DNA from: Candidatus Sumerlaeaceae bacterium
Lineage (GTDB): Bacteria; Sumerlaeota; Sumerlaeia; Sumerlaeales; Sumerlaeaceae
Direction: 5' to 3'
NCBI GenBank assembly: GCA_049968255.1
Contig: JBMFRB010000002.1
Span: 413,881-477,880, forward strand
Length of the DNA stretch: 64,000 nucleotides
Made by a program: the position numbers and the translations under genes. Shown here piece by piece: positions 39,159 to 48,613 of the stretch. Positions within the stretch are counted from its first letter, which is position 1, and each line of letters begins with the position of its first letter. The notes beneath the pieces are model-generated. The model was not told the origin of the DNA and made no database searches. It saw only the letters and a list, made by a program, of their open reading frames with translations.

Positions 39159-40070
39159 ATGGTTGGGCCGCGAGTAGCTGTCGTCATTGTCAACTATAAT
39201 GGCGCAGCTGTTCTCAAAGATTGTCTAGCCTCGCTTCGCGGACTGTCCTACGAACCATTCGATGTTCTTGTGGTGGATAATGCCTCGAGTGACCATTCTG
39301 TCACCATGCTGCAGGCTGACTTCCCCGAGGTCACCGTTATCGAAACAGGAGACAATTTAGGCTTCTCGGGCGGCAATAATGTGGGTATTAGCGAAGCTAT
39401 GCGACGTGGTGCCGAGTATATCTTTGTTCTCAATAACGACACGCTTGTGGCTCCACAGTGCCTCCGTGCTCTTGTCGAACGTGGAGAATCTGATGAGCGC
39501 ATCGGGGCGGTGTCGCCGCGCATACTGTTTGCAGAACCACACGATAGGATCTGGGCAGCCGGCGGCAGCTATTCTCTGTGGTTGGGAACAGCTCGGCATG
39601 CAGGGTTGCGTGCCAAAGCCAACGAACCACGCTGGAACAAACCACGTGCGATAACTTTCGCAACGGGTTGCGCAGTGCTGTTGCGTGCTAAAGCGTTGCA
39701 GGAAGTAGGCCTGTTCGACGAATCGCTCTTTATGTACAACGAAGACGGAGACCTCTCTTACCGTCTCAGAAAAGCGGGATGGAAAATCTACTATGAGCCT
39801 AGTGCGATTGTTTGGCACAGAGAGGCGTGGACAACATCGCGGACAATTGGCCGTGAATGGGGTCTGCGTCTTTGTGTTCGCAACATCCTGCTTGTCCATC
39901 GGAAGCATGCAAGTTGGTATCACAAAATAATGTTTTATCCCTATTTTGTCTGGCGATGGTTGGTTTTGGCCGTCGGCAACGCAATCGTTCACGGGCGGTT
40001 CGATATTGTGCGTGGAATCGTGCGTGGGATAGGCGCATATTGGCGTGGTGAGCAAGGAAGGCCTGTGTGA
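39159..40070 (+). CDS. GT2 glycosyltransferase (rhamnosyltransferase/WbbL-like)
   Basis: IVNYNG, VDNAS, NLGFSGGNN, LNNDT, GLFDE.FMYNED and IVWH. Confidence 0.88.
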   Translation: MVGPRVAVVIVNYNGAAVLKDCLASLRGLSYEPFDVLVVDNASSDHSVTMLQADFPEVTVIETGDNLGFSGGNNVGISEAMRRGAEYIFVLNNDTLVAPQCLRALVERGESDERIGAVSPRILFAEPHDRIWAAGGSYSLWLGTARHAGLRAKANEPRWNKPRAITFATGCAVLLRAKALQEVGLFDESLFMYNEDGDLSYRLRKAGWKIYYEPSAIVWHREAWTTSRTIGREWGLRLCVRNILLVHRKHASWYHKIMFYPYFVWRWLVLAVGNAIVHGRFDIVRGIVRGIGAYWRGEQGRPV

Positions 40071-42523
40071 CTATATGTCCGAAAACTCAAGTTCACAGAA
40101 CACGACATCAAGAATCGCCGCTGGAATTGAGTGAAAAGCGAGGACGCAATTTTCTCCTCAGCGCCTTGCCAGCGTACGCGATCATCGGTTTCGCCACGCT
40201 AGCGCTCTTTGCTCCGTCGCTCCCTTACCTGGCCACTGACTATCTCGGAAGCAGCGCCTGCGATATGAACATTGCATACCGCCACTTTTTGGCTTTTGGC
40301 ACGCGCTGTCTCAGCCAAGGAACTATTCCTCAATGGAATCCATATATTTTTTGTGGCACCAGTTTCCTTCCAAGTACTTGTGCAACGCTCCATCAGCCGT
40401 TGAATGCAGCTTTGCTACTGCTCTTGCCCCTTCCGCTGGCTGCCAACTTGATAATAATTTGTCACATCATCCTATTCGGGATAGGTGTGTGCCGTTGGGG
40501 AAGTCAACTGGGGCTGGAACGCTGGACAAGTGTTCTAGCTGGAATTCTCGCCGTTGCCTCTAGTGCTGTCGTCGCCCGCGTCTTTGCTGGTCATCTTACC
40601 CTGCTTTGCACCTTTGCGTGGGCACCGTGGCTATTAGGAGCCGTTCAAGCTTCCGTGCGTTTGTCTGGACGCGGCTGGCCCCTTATCGGATTGTTCGCGG
40701 CTTTTGTGATCCTGGGAGGGCATTTGCAAGTCGCTTATTACGCTTTTCTTTTTAGTGCGATTGTCGCGGCCGCAACCCTCTTTGAAACCCCACAGCCTAT
40801 CCGTGAAAAATGCCAAGTTGCGAAATACGTTCTGCGTTATTTGATAGCTGGTGGAGTTCTCGGGGCCACGCTCGCCGCCATAGAACTTATGCCGGTGCTC
40901 GATGTGCTCCGATACTCCGCGCGCGTCACGGCTCCGGACAAGACGTGGGTCCGACGATTCTCGCTTCCTTATGAAAACTTGCTCACATTGGCCTATCCAA
41001 ACTTGTGGGGTGAGACGCTCAATTACATGGGCAGATGGTTTTGGTGGGAAGCTAGCCCAGTGTGCGGTGTTGGGGTCCTGTCTTTGGCGGTTGTCGGATT
41101 ATTTTGGAAAGCGAATCGTCGCCGGTTTTTGGTGGTTCCTGCGACTATTTTCGTTTTTGGCACGATGCTCGCCATGGCTACTGATCTGCCTGCGCTCGAT
41201 AGCTTGGTTTGTCGTATTCCAGGATGGACCGCGTTGCGCGGACATGCGAAAATCTTCGCCTTTTCTCTTCTGGTTCTCCCCCTTCTGGCTGCACGCGGCG
41301 TCGAAGCGCTTTTGATAAGAGATAAGTGGGCACTTCGAGCCGCGATTGGAGTTTGCGGTGTGCTAGCGCTTGGTGGACTTTTTTTTCTCAGCGGATTAGC
41401 GGACACGGTGATCCTCTCCTATTTGTCTGCCGGGAAAACTCTCAATGACCGACTGTTTGGGCTCTCCCCCTATGCGGTGGAAGGTCAGAAATTGGCGCTT
41501 TCTTCCGCTCATCGCGCGGGATTGCACACGCTGATCACATCGTGTCTCATCGCCCTGCTTGTTCTGGCAGGTACTGGGAAACGGCTCGCGCCAAAGTTTG
41601 CTGCACCACTTCTGGCGTCTCTCGCTGTGGGCGAGCTTGTCACGCTAAGTCTTCCGGTGGCCAATAATCATTTCCGACCGCAGGAAATCACGGAATTGAG
41701 AGAACTCGCCGAGAACTTCGAGCAGACAAACAAGAGCGCACGCGTTGAGACACCGCCGGAGGGGCTTGTCAATGCGGCGATGACCTATGGATTGCTGACG
41801 ACAGGGGGCAATGATATTAACATTCACCGATTTTATAACACGTTCCTGAATGCGGTCGACGGCAAAGTTAGCAGCGAGCCACACCTTCATGTGCGAGTTG
41901 ACCGAGACTCTCCGCTCTGGGATTTTGCGGCACTTCGCTTTGTGGTTATTCCCACCGACCAAACTCTACGTGCCGAGCTTGGTCTTCAAAAGGCCTTTAG
42001 CTTGGGCAGGTTTACCGTGTGGCAACGCCCTTCGTCTCTCCCCTACGCATGGACTGCCCATAACGTGATTTGGGTGGAAGACGATGAAACGAAAATCATG
42101 GAGAAACTCGTGACTATGGCGAGCTCCCACTCCCGCGATGTGTTGCTTGTCGGGTCGCCGAGTCAACCGTCGCCCGTCACCTCGAGCCCGTTGAAAGCCC
42201 TCTCAAGCCGAAGAATTAGCCAGACAGAAATCGCATTAGCGATTGATTCCCCGGGGATTGTCTTTGTGGCCGAAGGCTATTCGCCGCACTGGAAGGCGTA
42301 TGACGCAGCTGGAAACCTTTTGCCCCTCTACCGTGCCAACAGTGCGTTTATGGCGGTAAGCGTGCCAAAAGCCACAAAAGTTGTTCTGAGGTATGATAAC
42401 CCCTGGTTTCTTTGTGGGCGCATTCTCAGCGCATTCGCTCTCATCGTTTTCGTGGCAACGCTTATTTACGACTCACGTCGGCACCGACCTAAGGTAAACT
42501 TCTTCGCTGTGGAAAGAGTTTGA
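40067..42523 (+). CDS. YfhO-like multi-TM GT-C membrane protein
   Basis: PQWNPYIFCG, WAPW, GGHLQ and AIELMP; C-terminal EGYSPHWKA..YRANSAFMAV..LRY typical of YfhO. Confidence 0.78.
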   Translation: MTICPKTQVHRTRHQESPLELSEKRGRNFLLSALPAYAIIGFATLALFAPSLPYLATDYLGSSACDMNIAYRHFLAFGTRCLSQGTIPQWNPYIFCGTSFLPSTCATLHQPLNAALLLLLPLPLAANLIIICHIILFGIGVCRWGSQLGLERWTSVLAGILAVASSAVVARVFAGHLTLLCTFAWAPWLLGAVQASVRLSGRGWPLIGLFAAFVILGGHLQVAYYAFLFSAIVAAATLFETPQPIREKCQVAKYVLRYLIAGGVLGATLAAIELMPVLDVLRYSARVTAPDKTWVRRFSLPYENLLTLAYPNLWGETLNYMGRWFWWEASPVCGVGVLSLAVVGLFWKANRRRFLVVPATIFVFGTMLAMATDLPALDSLVCRIPGWTALRGHAKIFAFSLLVLPLLAARGVEALLIRDKWALRAAIGVCGVLALGGLFFLSGLADTVILSYLSAGKTLNDRLFGLSPYAVEGQKLALSSAHRAGLHTLITSCLIALLVLAGTGKRLAPKFAAPLLASLAVGELVTLSLPVANNHFRPQEITELRELAENFEQTNKSARVETPPEGLVNAAMTYGLLTTGGNDINIHRFYNTFLNAVDGKVSSEPHLHVRVDRDSPLWDFAALRFVVIPTDQTLRAELGLQKAFSLGRFTVWQRPSSLPYAWTAHNVIWVEDDETKIMEKLVTMASSHSRDVLLVGSPSQPSPVTSSPLKALSSRRISQTEIALAIDSPGIVFVAEGYSPHWKAYDAAGNLLPLYRANSAFMAVSVPKATKVVLRYDNPWFLCGRILSAFALIVFVATLIYDSRRHRPKVNFFAVERV

Positions 42524-42538
42524 TACCGTCGCATGTCC

Positions 42539-44518
42539 TCAGGGCGTGTCGTCGTGCTTCAGCTGTTGAAGTTTACGTTTTGCCTCAATGTAAGAGGGAG
42601 CAATTTGAAGAATTGCCTCATATTCCACCTGAGCTGCTTTGCGATCGCCGACTTTCAGGAGAAGGTTGCCCAAATTCATCCGCGCCGGAATCAGCCTTGG
42701 GTTCAACTCGATGGCGCGTTGAAAGGCCTCTTTGGCGTGAGCCAGGTCTCCTAATGCCAGATAGGCCATGCCGAGACTATTATGCGCGGGAGCGTCTTCG
42801 GGCAGCCCATGAATTGCCGCACGGAAAGATTCTACCGCCTCCCTTGCCTTGCCGAGCGCCAAAAGTCCGTGCCCTCTAGCCAAAAAATTCTCTGCGCAGT
42901 TAGGTGGCAGCTCAAGTGCTGCAGCCGCGTACATCTGCACCTGATCGCGGCGTCCGAGTTTATCATTGAGCAGAATCAAATTCGTATAAGCGGCCGCATA
43001 GTAGGGGTCCACTACGAGAATGCGCTCGTACATCGAGATAGCTTCTGCGAGTTGCCCTTGGTCGGCTAGGCGCGAAGCCAAATTGTAAAGCGCGTGGACG
43101 CATGTTGGAAAGTAAGCCAGCTCATGGCGCCAGAGACTTTCGGAAGATTTCCAGTGTCGAGCTTGCGCAAAAGCGCTGGCTCCAACAGTAAAAAGCCACA
43201 GAGCGGCAAAGAGGCTTGCCACACGCAAAAACATTTTCGGCAGGTGTGGTGCGATGCGAAGAAACCCTTCAATTGACAAAGCCACCACCATAGTGACTCC
43301 TGCCATCGAACCATAGAAATAGCGATCCCCGACCACTGAGAAAAACTGATAAATAAACGAAACAAAACCAAGCACGGGGGCGACCGGAAAGAAAATGAAA
43401 GCTGCTGCTAGGATAAAGCGACGCGAGCGGGCAGTCGCTAGCCCAAGAACGCTGACGATGGGAAGGGCAAACCAAACCAGCTGTGTACTGAAAACATCGC
43501 TGATTCTGCGCGGATATATGGGGATCAAGCCGATGGGTAAAAGAACTTTCTGGAAATAAAAAAGCAAGTTATCAGCCGCTAAAAAGGGGCGCTTCCACCA
43601 GGCGATGAGAAAAGGCGCATCTGTGAGGTCTGATTGCGGCTTCTGATGAACGTAATACGCGGCGGCCGCGAGAAGAAACCAGAGGCCAAGGATTTGCCAC
43701 GCTCGACGATCTGTCGTGCCGCAGTACCAAAGCACAACCAGCCCCAACGGCGCGGTAACCACGGCTGTCGGCTTGCTAAACATGGCAAGGATGTAAAACA
43801 ACGTCGCGAAAAGTAAGTGCTTCCAATCTGTGGGGGATTTTTGCAAAGCCAGCGAAAACTGATCCACAGAAAGGAACACCAGAGTCCAACAAAGAAGATC
43901 CTTACGGCCTGTGGCCCAGACTACGGGTTCGACTTGGAGAGGATGAATTGCAAAAACGCTTGCAGCTGCTAGCGCAACGCTGTTGGTGACACCTAGCATT
44001 CGGCGAAGGATTCGAAAGACGCTGAGCGTCGCAACCCAATGGAGCAAGACGTTGTCAAAGTGAATTACTCCTGAAGCAATTTGAAAGAACACTTTTGTCT
44101 CGTTCCCGCTCGCAAAAAGTGGGCGGAGCACTCCAAGAAGAAGGTTGCTGAAGAGCAGCTCCACAAAATAAGTTGTGTAAACAAGTGGGACATAGAGACT
44201 CGCGTAAGGGGCACTCCAGAGTCGCTTCAACCCATCCACGGAGAGGCTCAGCAAATAAGGGTTTTCATAAACATTGATGTTGTCGTCCCAGTCCACAAAC
44301 TCGAAAAATACAGTCTGTCCAAACACTACGACAATTAGCAGAAAAAGGACGAGAGCGACATGCTTGGCAGAAATACGTCCTTCACTCAAGTCCGCAGTTT
44401 CCCCGAGACCAAAAGACGTCAATGCCCCCTGCGTCGACGAAAGAAACTCTGATTTTATTTTCCTCTTCGTCTTGGCTTGTTCGGATTTTCGTGTTCGGCC
44501 CTTCGCCATGTTCTTCAT
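42539..44518 (-). CDS. TMTC-like GT-C protein with C-terminal TPR repeats
   Basis: FEFVDWDD..VYENP, FAIHPLQVEPV.W.TGRKD, SKP, DRYFY and W.SSESLW, followed by TPRs. Confidence 0.85.
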   Translation of the reverse strand: MKNMAKGRTRKSEQAKTKRKIKSEFLSSTQGALTSFGLGETADLSEGRISAKHVALVLFLLIVVVFGQTVFFEFVDWDDNINVYENPYLLSLSVDGLKRLWSAPYASLYVPLVYTTYFVELLFSNLLLGVLRPLFASGNETKVFFQIASGVIHFDNVLLHWVATLSVFRILRRMLGVTNSVALAAASVFAIHPLQVEPVVWATGRKDLLCWTLVFLSVDQFSLALQKSPTDWKHLLFATLFYILAMFSKPTAVVTAPLGLVVLWYCGTTDRRAWQILGLWFLLAAAAYYVHQKPQSDLTDAPFLIAWWKRPFLAADNLLFYFQKVLLPIGLIPIYPRRISDVFSTQLVWFALPIVSVLGLATARSRRFILAAAFIFFPVAPVLGFVSFIYQFFSVVGDRYFYGSMAGVTMVVALSIEGFLRIAPHLPKMFLRVASLFAALWLFTVGASAFAQARHWKSSESLWRHELAYFPTCVHALYNLASRLADQGQLAEAISMYERILVVDPYYAAAYTNLILLNDKLGRRDQVQMYAAAALELPPNCAENFLARGHGLLALGKAREAVESFRAAIHGLPEDAPAHNSLGMAYLALGDLAHAKEAFQRAIELNPRLIPARMNLGNLLLKVGDRKAAQVEYEAILQIAPSYIEAKRKLQQLKHDDTP

Positions 44519-44622
44519 CTTTTCCACAGCTTGCGCTGATGACTTCTTCTCTTGACGCTCTTCATGCTCGCTAACACAACGCATGCAACAGTATCCCAAG
44601 AGAAAGGCAGAGTAGGAAACGC

Positions 44623-45513
44623 ATGGCTAAACCAGGGATGACAAAGCAAGAGCTCAAGCATGACGAGCTTGAAGATCTTTTTGATCGGCTGACCCTGTGG
44701 TATCATCGTAACGCGAATTGGGTCCAATGGGTCGTCATCGTCGCGTTGGTGCTTTTCATTGGCACAAAACTTTACGATCGGTACCAGGAGACGCAGAATG
44801 CGAAAGCGACCGCGGAGTTAGGCAAAGCCCAAGGGCTACTGGCTTCGGCGTTGGCGGAGAAGAGCGAAAATAAGCGCAAGGAACTCTTTGCGAGCGCCGT
44901 CACAGAGGCGGATCGTTTAGCAAAAGAATACGGAAAGGGCTTTCACGGTCGTGAAGCTCTTTTGCTGCTGGGCAATGCGCATTACTATTATTCGTTAGCA
45001 CTGGCGAACCAAAGGGCCGAAGCGGCAGAAGAGCGTAAACTTGCTCGGCAAACTTTCGAGAAACTGGCTAGCGTAGCGAAAACGCCCGAGGAGAAGGCAG
45101 CAGCGTATCTTGCTTTGGGCAATGTTCTTGAAAACGAGCTGTTCGCCACGCGCGACATGAGTCTGCTCAAACAAGCGGCTGATTATTATACGCAGGTAGC
45201 CAAGCTGGTTCCCGATTCTTATCTGGCAGCGGAGGCTCGATTAGCGTTGGCGCGAATGTATCAGCCTGTTTCTGACAAACGCAATGAGGCACAACGCCTC
45301 CTCAAAGAAGTAGCAGAGACGCGCACAAAAGTTTCAGAGGACACCGACATCGCAAAAAAGGCACCGAGCGAAACAAAGCAAACGAAGCCCAAAAATATCG
45401 ATCCGGAAAAGGCAAAAGAATTCCAGCAGTTTGAAAAGTTCTCTTACGCAGCAGAGAGCATGCGTTTGCTTAACTCCCTCAAGGGTTTCGAGCCTACGAA
45501 AGGGGGCAAATGA
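44623..45513 (+). CDS. YfgM-like membrane-anchored TPR protein
   Basis: KQELKHDE N-terminus, single TM, then TPR helices. Confidence 0.65.
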   Translation: MAKPGMTKQELKHDELEDLFDRLTLWYHRNANWVQWVVIVALVLFIGTKLYDRYQETQNAKATAELGKAQGLLASALAEKSENKRKELFASAVTEADRLAKEYGKGFHGREALLLLGNAHYYYSLALANQRAEAAEERKLARQTFEKLASVAKTPEEKAAAYLALGNVLENELFATRDMSLLKQAADYYTQVAKLVPDSYLAAEARLALARMYQPVSDKRNEAQRLLKEVAETRTKVSEDTDIAKKAPSETKQTKPKNIDPEKAKEFQQFEKFSYAAESMRLLNSLKGFEPTKGGK

Positions 45514-45669
45514 CAGCGTTTTTTCGTGTTCCACGTTTTCTGCGTTCTTCTTTTCTAGGCACTTGACACGAATGCTTTGCAGCAAGCGACTGGACGCGCG
45601 ACTTTTCGCGAATAAAGGCCGTTGCGAAAGAATTTAGCATAATAAAAAGGCTCTAAGGAGGATTTGAAG

Positions 45670-45903
45670 ATGGCAGACAAGTCGAACCGGCTGCCAGACA
45701 ATGCACCGGGCAAGTGGTATGTGGACAACACCTGTATTGACTGTGACGCTTGTCGTCAGGTGGCTCCAAACAATTTCAGCCGCAATGAAGAAGCAGGCTA
45801 TTCTTACGTCAGTAAGCAGCCGGAGAATGAGGAAGAGCTCAAGCAGTGCCAAGAGGCAAAAGAGTCGTGTCCTGTGGAAGCCATTGGCGACGATAACGAG
45901 TAA
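45670..45903 (+). CDS. Small monocluster [4Fe-4S] ferredoxin
   Basis: CIDCDAC..CPVEAI; AAGGAGG RBS. Confidence 0.9.
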   Translation: MADKSNRLPDNAPGKWYVDNTCIDCDACRQVAPNNFSRNEEAGYSYVSKQPENEEELKQCQEAKESCPVEAIGDDNE

Positions 45904-45932
45904 TTTCTGAAATAAGCATCTGTCGGTCTTTC

Positions 45933-45975
45933 GAAGAGCTGCGCTGCGCGTGTGCAGACGCAGCTCTTCTTTTTT
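45933..45975 (+). terminator. Rho-independent terminator after the ferredoxin gene
   Basis: GAAGAGCTGCG...CGCAGCTCTTC perfect 11-bp stem followed by T6. Confidence 0.85.
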
Positions 45976-46039
45976 GCGGCCTGTTCATTTTTCAGGGCCA
46001 CGGTGGTAATAACACGAATAGATCGAGGTAAACGCGACG

Positions 46040-46777
46040 ATGAGAAAGCTGGCGGTGATTCATGGCGTTTGGTTTGCCCTGCTTGCCCTGTCGGCAAGGG
46101 GTGCAGCAATGCCAGCCGCCCTTCTTCAACCTAGCACACACTCTGCCCTGGTTCGTTCCACTACGGAATCATTGCCAAGTGTGCTCGCACAAATTGATGA
46201 AAAGTTGAGCCGCATTGAGACACTGAGCTGCAGCGTGGAGATGAGCAAGAAGCGAGAGAAAAAAGTTACGAGAAAGGTTTATACTGGCGAACTTGTCATC
46301 GCTCGGGGGCGAGGTGGGCGTGTCATCCTCACCCGCAAAGGCGAGACAGAGGAATATTTAGCAAACGCACGCGAGCTGTGGTCCTACGATCACAAAAAAA
46401 AGCATGCTGTGGTGCTTTCGGTCAACACCCCTATCATCGGTTTCTTCGTGGCCGAGGCGCTCAAGTTCAACGCGTTCATGGCCATGGAGCCGGGCACAAT
46501 CGAGTTTCTAGGCTATCAGACCACTAATGGCGAAGCCTGTTGGGTATTTCAGGGGAGATCCCCATCTCGCTTGCGTTTGGTCGGCGTTCCAGTGCGAAAA
46601 ATGCGAGTGTGGATTTCGCAAAGAGATGGATTGCCGCGCGAGATAAAAATTCCCGAGGAAAAAGACTTGACGATTATCCTGCGTGATGTTCAGATCAATG
46701 TCGGCGTGGGGGATAACGAGTTTCAATGGCAATCGCCTGACGGAGTTAAGATTAAACGCATTATGATCAGCCGTTAA
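46040..46777 (+). CDS. LolA-like outer-membrane lipoprotein carrier fold protein
   Basis: Signal peptide; ANARELWSYD, VWISQRDGLP and INVGVGDNEFQWQSPDGVKI. Confidence 0.7.
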   Translation: MRKLAVIHGVWFALLALSARGAAMPAALLQPSTHSALVRSTTESLPSVLAQIDEKLSRIETLSCSVEMSKKREKKVTRKVYTGELVIARGRGGRVILTRKGETEEYLANARELWSYDHKKKHAVVLSVNTPIIGFFVAEALKFNAFMAMEPGTIEFLGYQTTNGEACWVFQGRSPSRLRLVGVPVRKMRVWISQRDGLPREIKIPEEKDLTIILRDVQINVGVGDNEFQWQSPDGVKIKRIMISR

Positions 46778-46786
46778 GCCCCGCGA

Positions 46787-47575
46787 ATGATCATCGAGAT
46801 CCTCACACTGTTCCCGGAAATGTTTGGCCCCGTCGTTGGGTCAAGTATGCTCAAACGTGCGCAGGAGCGAGGCATCGCTGCATTCCGCGTGCGCAATATC
46901 CGCGATTTCACTACGGACAAACACCACGTCGCGGACGACACGCCTTACGGTGGAGGCCCCGGAATGGTGCTAAAGCCAGAGCCCATTGCTGCCGCCATTG
47001 ACACAGTGATGGCTGAAAATTCACCGACGCCCCTGACGCGAGTTTACCTTACCCCAGACGGGGAACCATGGACGCAAAAACTGGCGGAAGAGTTTGCCCA
47101 GTTGCCAGGGATTATGCTTCTCTGCGGCCACTACGAAGGAGTGGACCAGCGCATCCGAGATCACTTCATTGACCGCGAAATTTCCATCGGCGATTATGTC
47201 CTGACAGGTGGCGAGATTCCCGCTATGGTCGTGATTGATTCGGTGGTGCGCCTCTTACCGGGGGCTTTGGGCAACGCCGAGAGTGCACGTCACGACTCCT
47301 TCAGTGGCGAAGGTCTTCTTGACTATCCCCATTATACACGCCCGCCAGTGTTCCGGGGCCATGGCATCCCTGAAGTTCTGCTCTCTGGCCACCACAAAAA
47401 AATCGAAGAGTGGCGCCGCCGGCAATCATTAGAAAGAACTTTGAAACGGCGACCGGACATCATTGAGAACGTTCTTCCCCAGCTCAGAGAGGAGGAAAGA
47501 CAATTCATTAAAGAACTTCGCGCTCGGCTTCAGCAAGATTCGTGCGACAACGCAGAAACCCAACGCGAACCGTGA
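46787..47575 (+). CDS. trmD: tRNA (guanine37-N1)-methyltransferase
   Basis: [40 protein letters not shown] and YPHYTRP. Confidence 0.97.
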   Translation: MIIEILTLFPEMFGPVVGSSMLKRAQERGIAAFRVRNIRDFTTDKHHVADDTPYGGGPGMVLKPEPIAAAIDTVMAENSPTPLTRVYLTPDGEPWTQKLAEEFAQLPGIMLLCGHYEGVDQRIRDHFIDREISIGDYVLTGGEIPAMVVIDSVVRLLPGALGNAESARHDSFSGEGLLDYPHYTRPPVFRGHGIPEVLLSGHHKKIEEWRRRQSLERTLKRRPDIIENVLPQLREEERQFIKELRARLQQDSCDNAETQREP

Positions 47576-48471
47576 CGTGTTCCACGCCGCTCCAGCTCGC
47601 TTTCAATCTTTTGGATGATAAAGTTCTTATCGAGTGCCCAATGAGGTGCGAGATGAAAAGGTCGAGGAGCTTGCCCGGATAGTCGATGAATTACACAATT
47701 CGGGGCAAGACTTTCCAAGCCGTCCGCCACGAGATTAATGTATTCATCGAAGTCGAGGAGCTGACAACGTCCTTCGCGCCACCATCGGGCAAGCGCTGCT
47801 CGGGCATCAATGTATAAATTGTGAATCTTTGCTCCGTCAGCATGGATTTCATTGAGGAACTCAACGGTGCGAAGAAAATCGTCGCGAGTGTCGCCTGGTA
47901 GTCCGACGATAACGTGAGCAACAAGTTCGAGATTCGCTTCCTTGATTAGCCGTGCAGCGCGACGATAATCTTCGACGGTCTCCGCACGGTTCATTCGCTC
48001 AAGAGTCGTTTGGTTGATTGTCTGAACACCGATTTCCACCCACACACGCTTTCCTTGGCATTGGTACCCGCGTAATAACTCACAGACTTTTTCACTGATA
48101 CAATCTGCCCTCGTCCCAACGCTTAGCCCAATCACGTCTGGATCGCTCGTGGCTTGATCGTAGAGCATGCGGAGCCGTTCGATGGGGGCATAAGTGTTGG
48201 TGAAAGCCTGAAAGTAGGCAATGAACTTCACAGCGCCATATCGCTGCTGGCAACGCAGCTTTTGCGACTTCAATTGCTCGGAAATGGGCTCCGCCGAAAC
48301 AATATGAGCGGCACCGCTGCCACTGGCATCGCAAAAGTAACAACCACCTGTGGCTTTTGATCCGTCACGGTTTGGACATGTAAAGCCGCCGTCGAGGCAA
48401 AGCTTTTGTACGCGACAACCGTATGCCTGCTTCAGGAAGTTGTGAAAGTGATTTATGCGAGGAGTACGCAT
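47530..48471 (-). CDS. YhcC-family (TIGR01212) radical SAM protein
   Basis: [37 protein letters not shown] and KIHNL. Confidence 0.9.
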   Translation of the reverse strand: MRTPRINHFHNFLKQAYGCRVQKLCLDGGFTCPNRDGSKATGGCYFCDASGSGAAHIVSAEPISEQLKSQKLRCQQRYGAVKFIAYFQAFTNTYAPIERLRMLYDQATSDPDVIGLSVGTRADCISEKVCELLRGYQCQGKRVWVEIGVQTINQTTLERMNRAETVEDYRRAARLIKEANLELVAHVIVGLPGDTRDDFLRTVEFLNEIHADGAKIHNLYIDARAALARWWREGRCQLLDFDEYINLVADGLESLAPNCVIHRLSGQAPRPFHLAPHWALDKNFIIQKIESELERRGTRHGSRWVSALSHESC

Positions 48472-48613
48472 ATGGGTCCTTTTCTAAATAACACTACATA
48501 CAGCGAGTAGCAATAACTACGGTGTCGGCGCCTGTTGCCAACATGTACCCGCTAGACAGCGTAAGTCGGCCGCATAGCAAACGGATAGGCCGGGCGGCAT
48601 AAACATTGCCCTG

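Noticed and set aside
48595-48610. Sigma-54-like CGGCATAAACATTGCC before PBP1A
   Set aside because: Spacing is right, but the implied TSS would fall downstream of the ATG at 48614.
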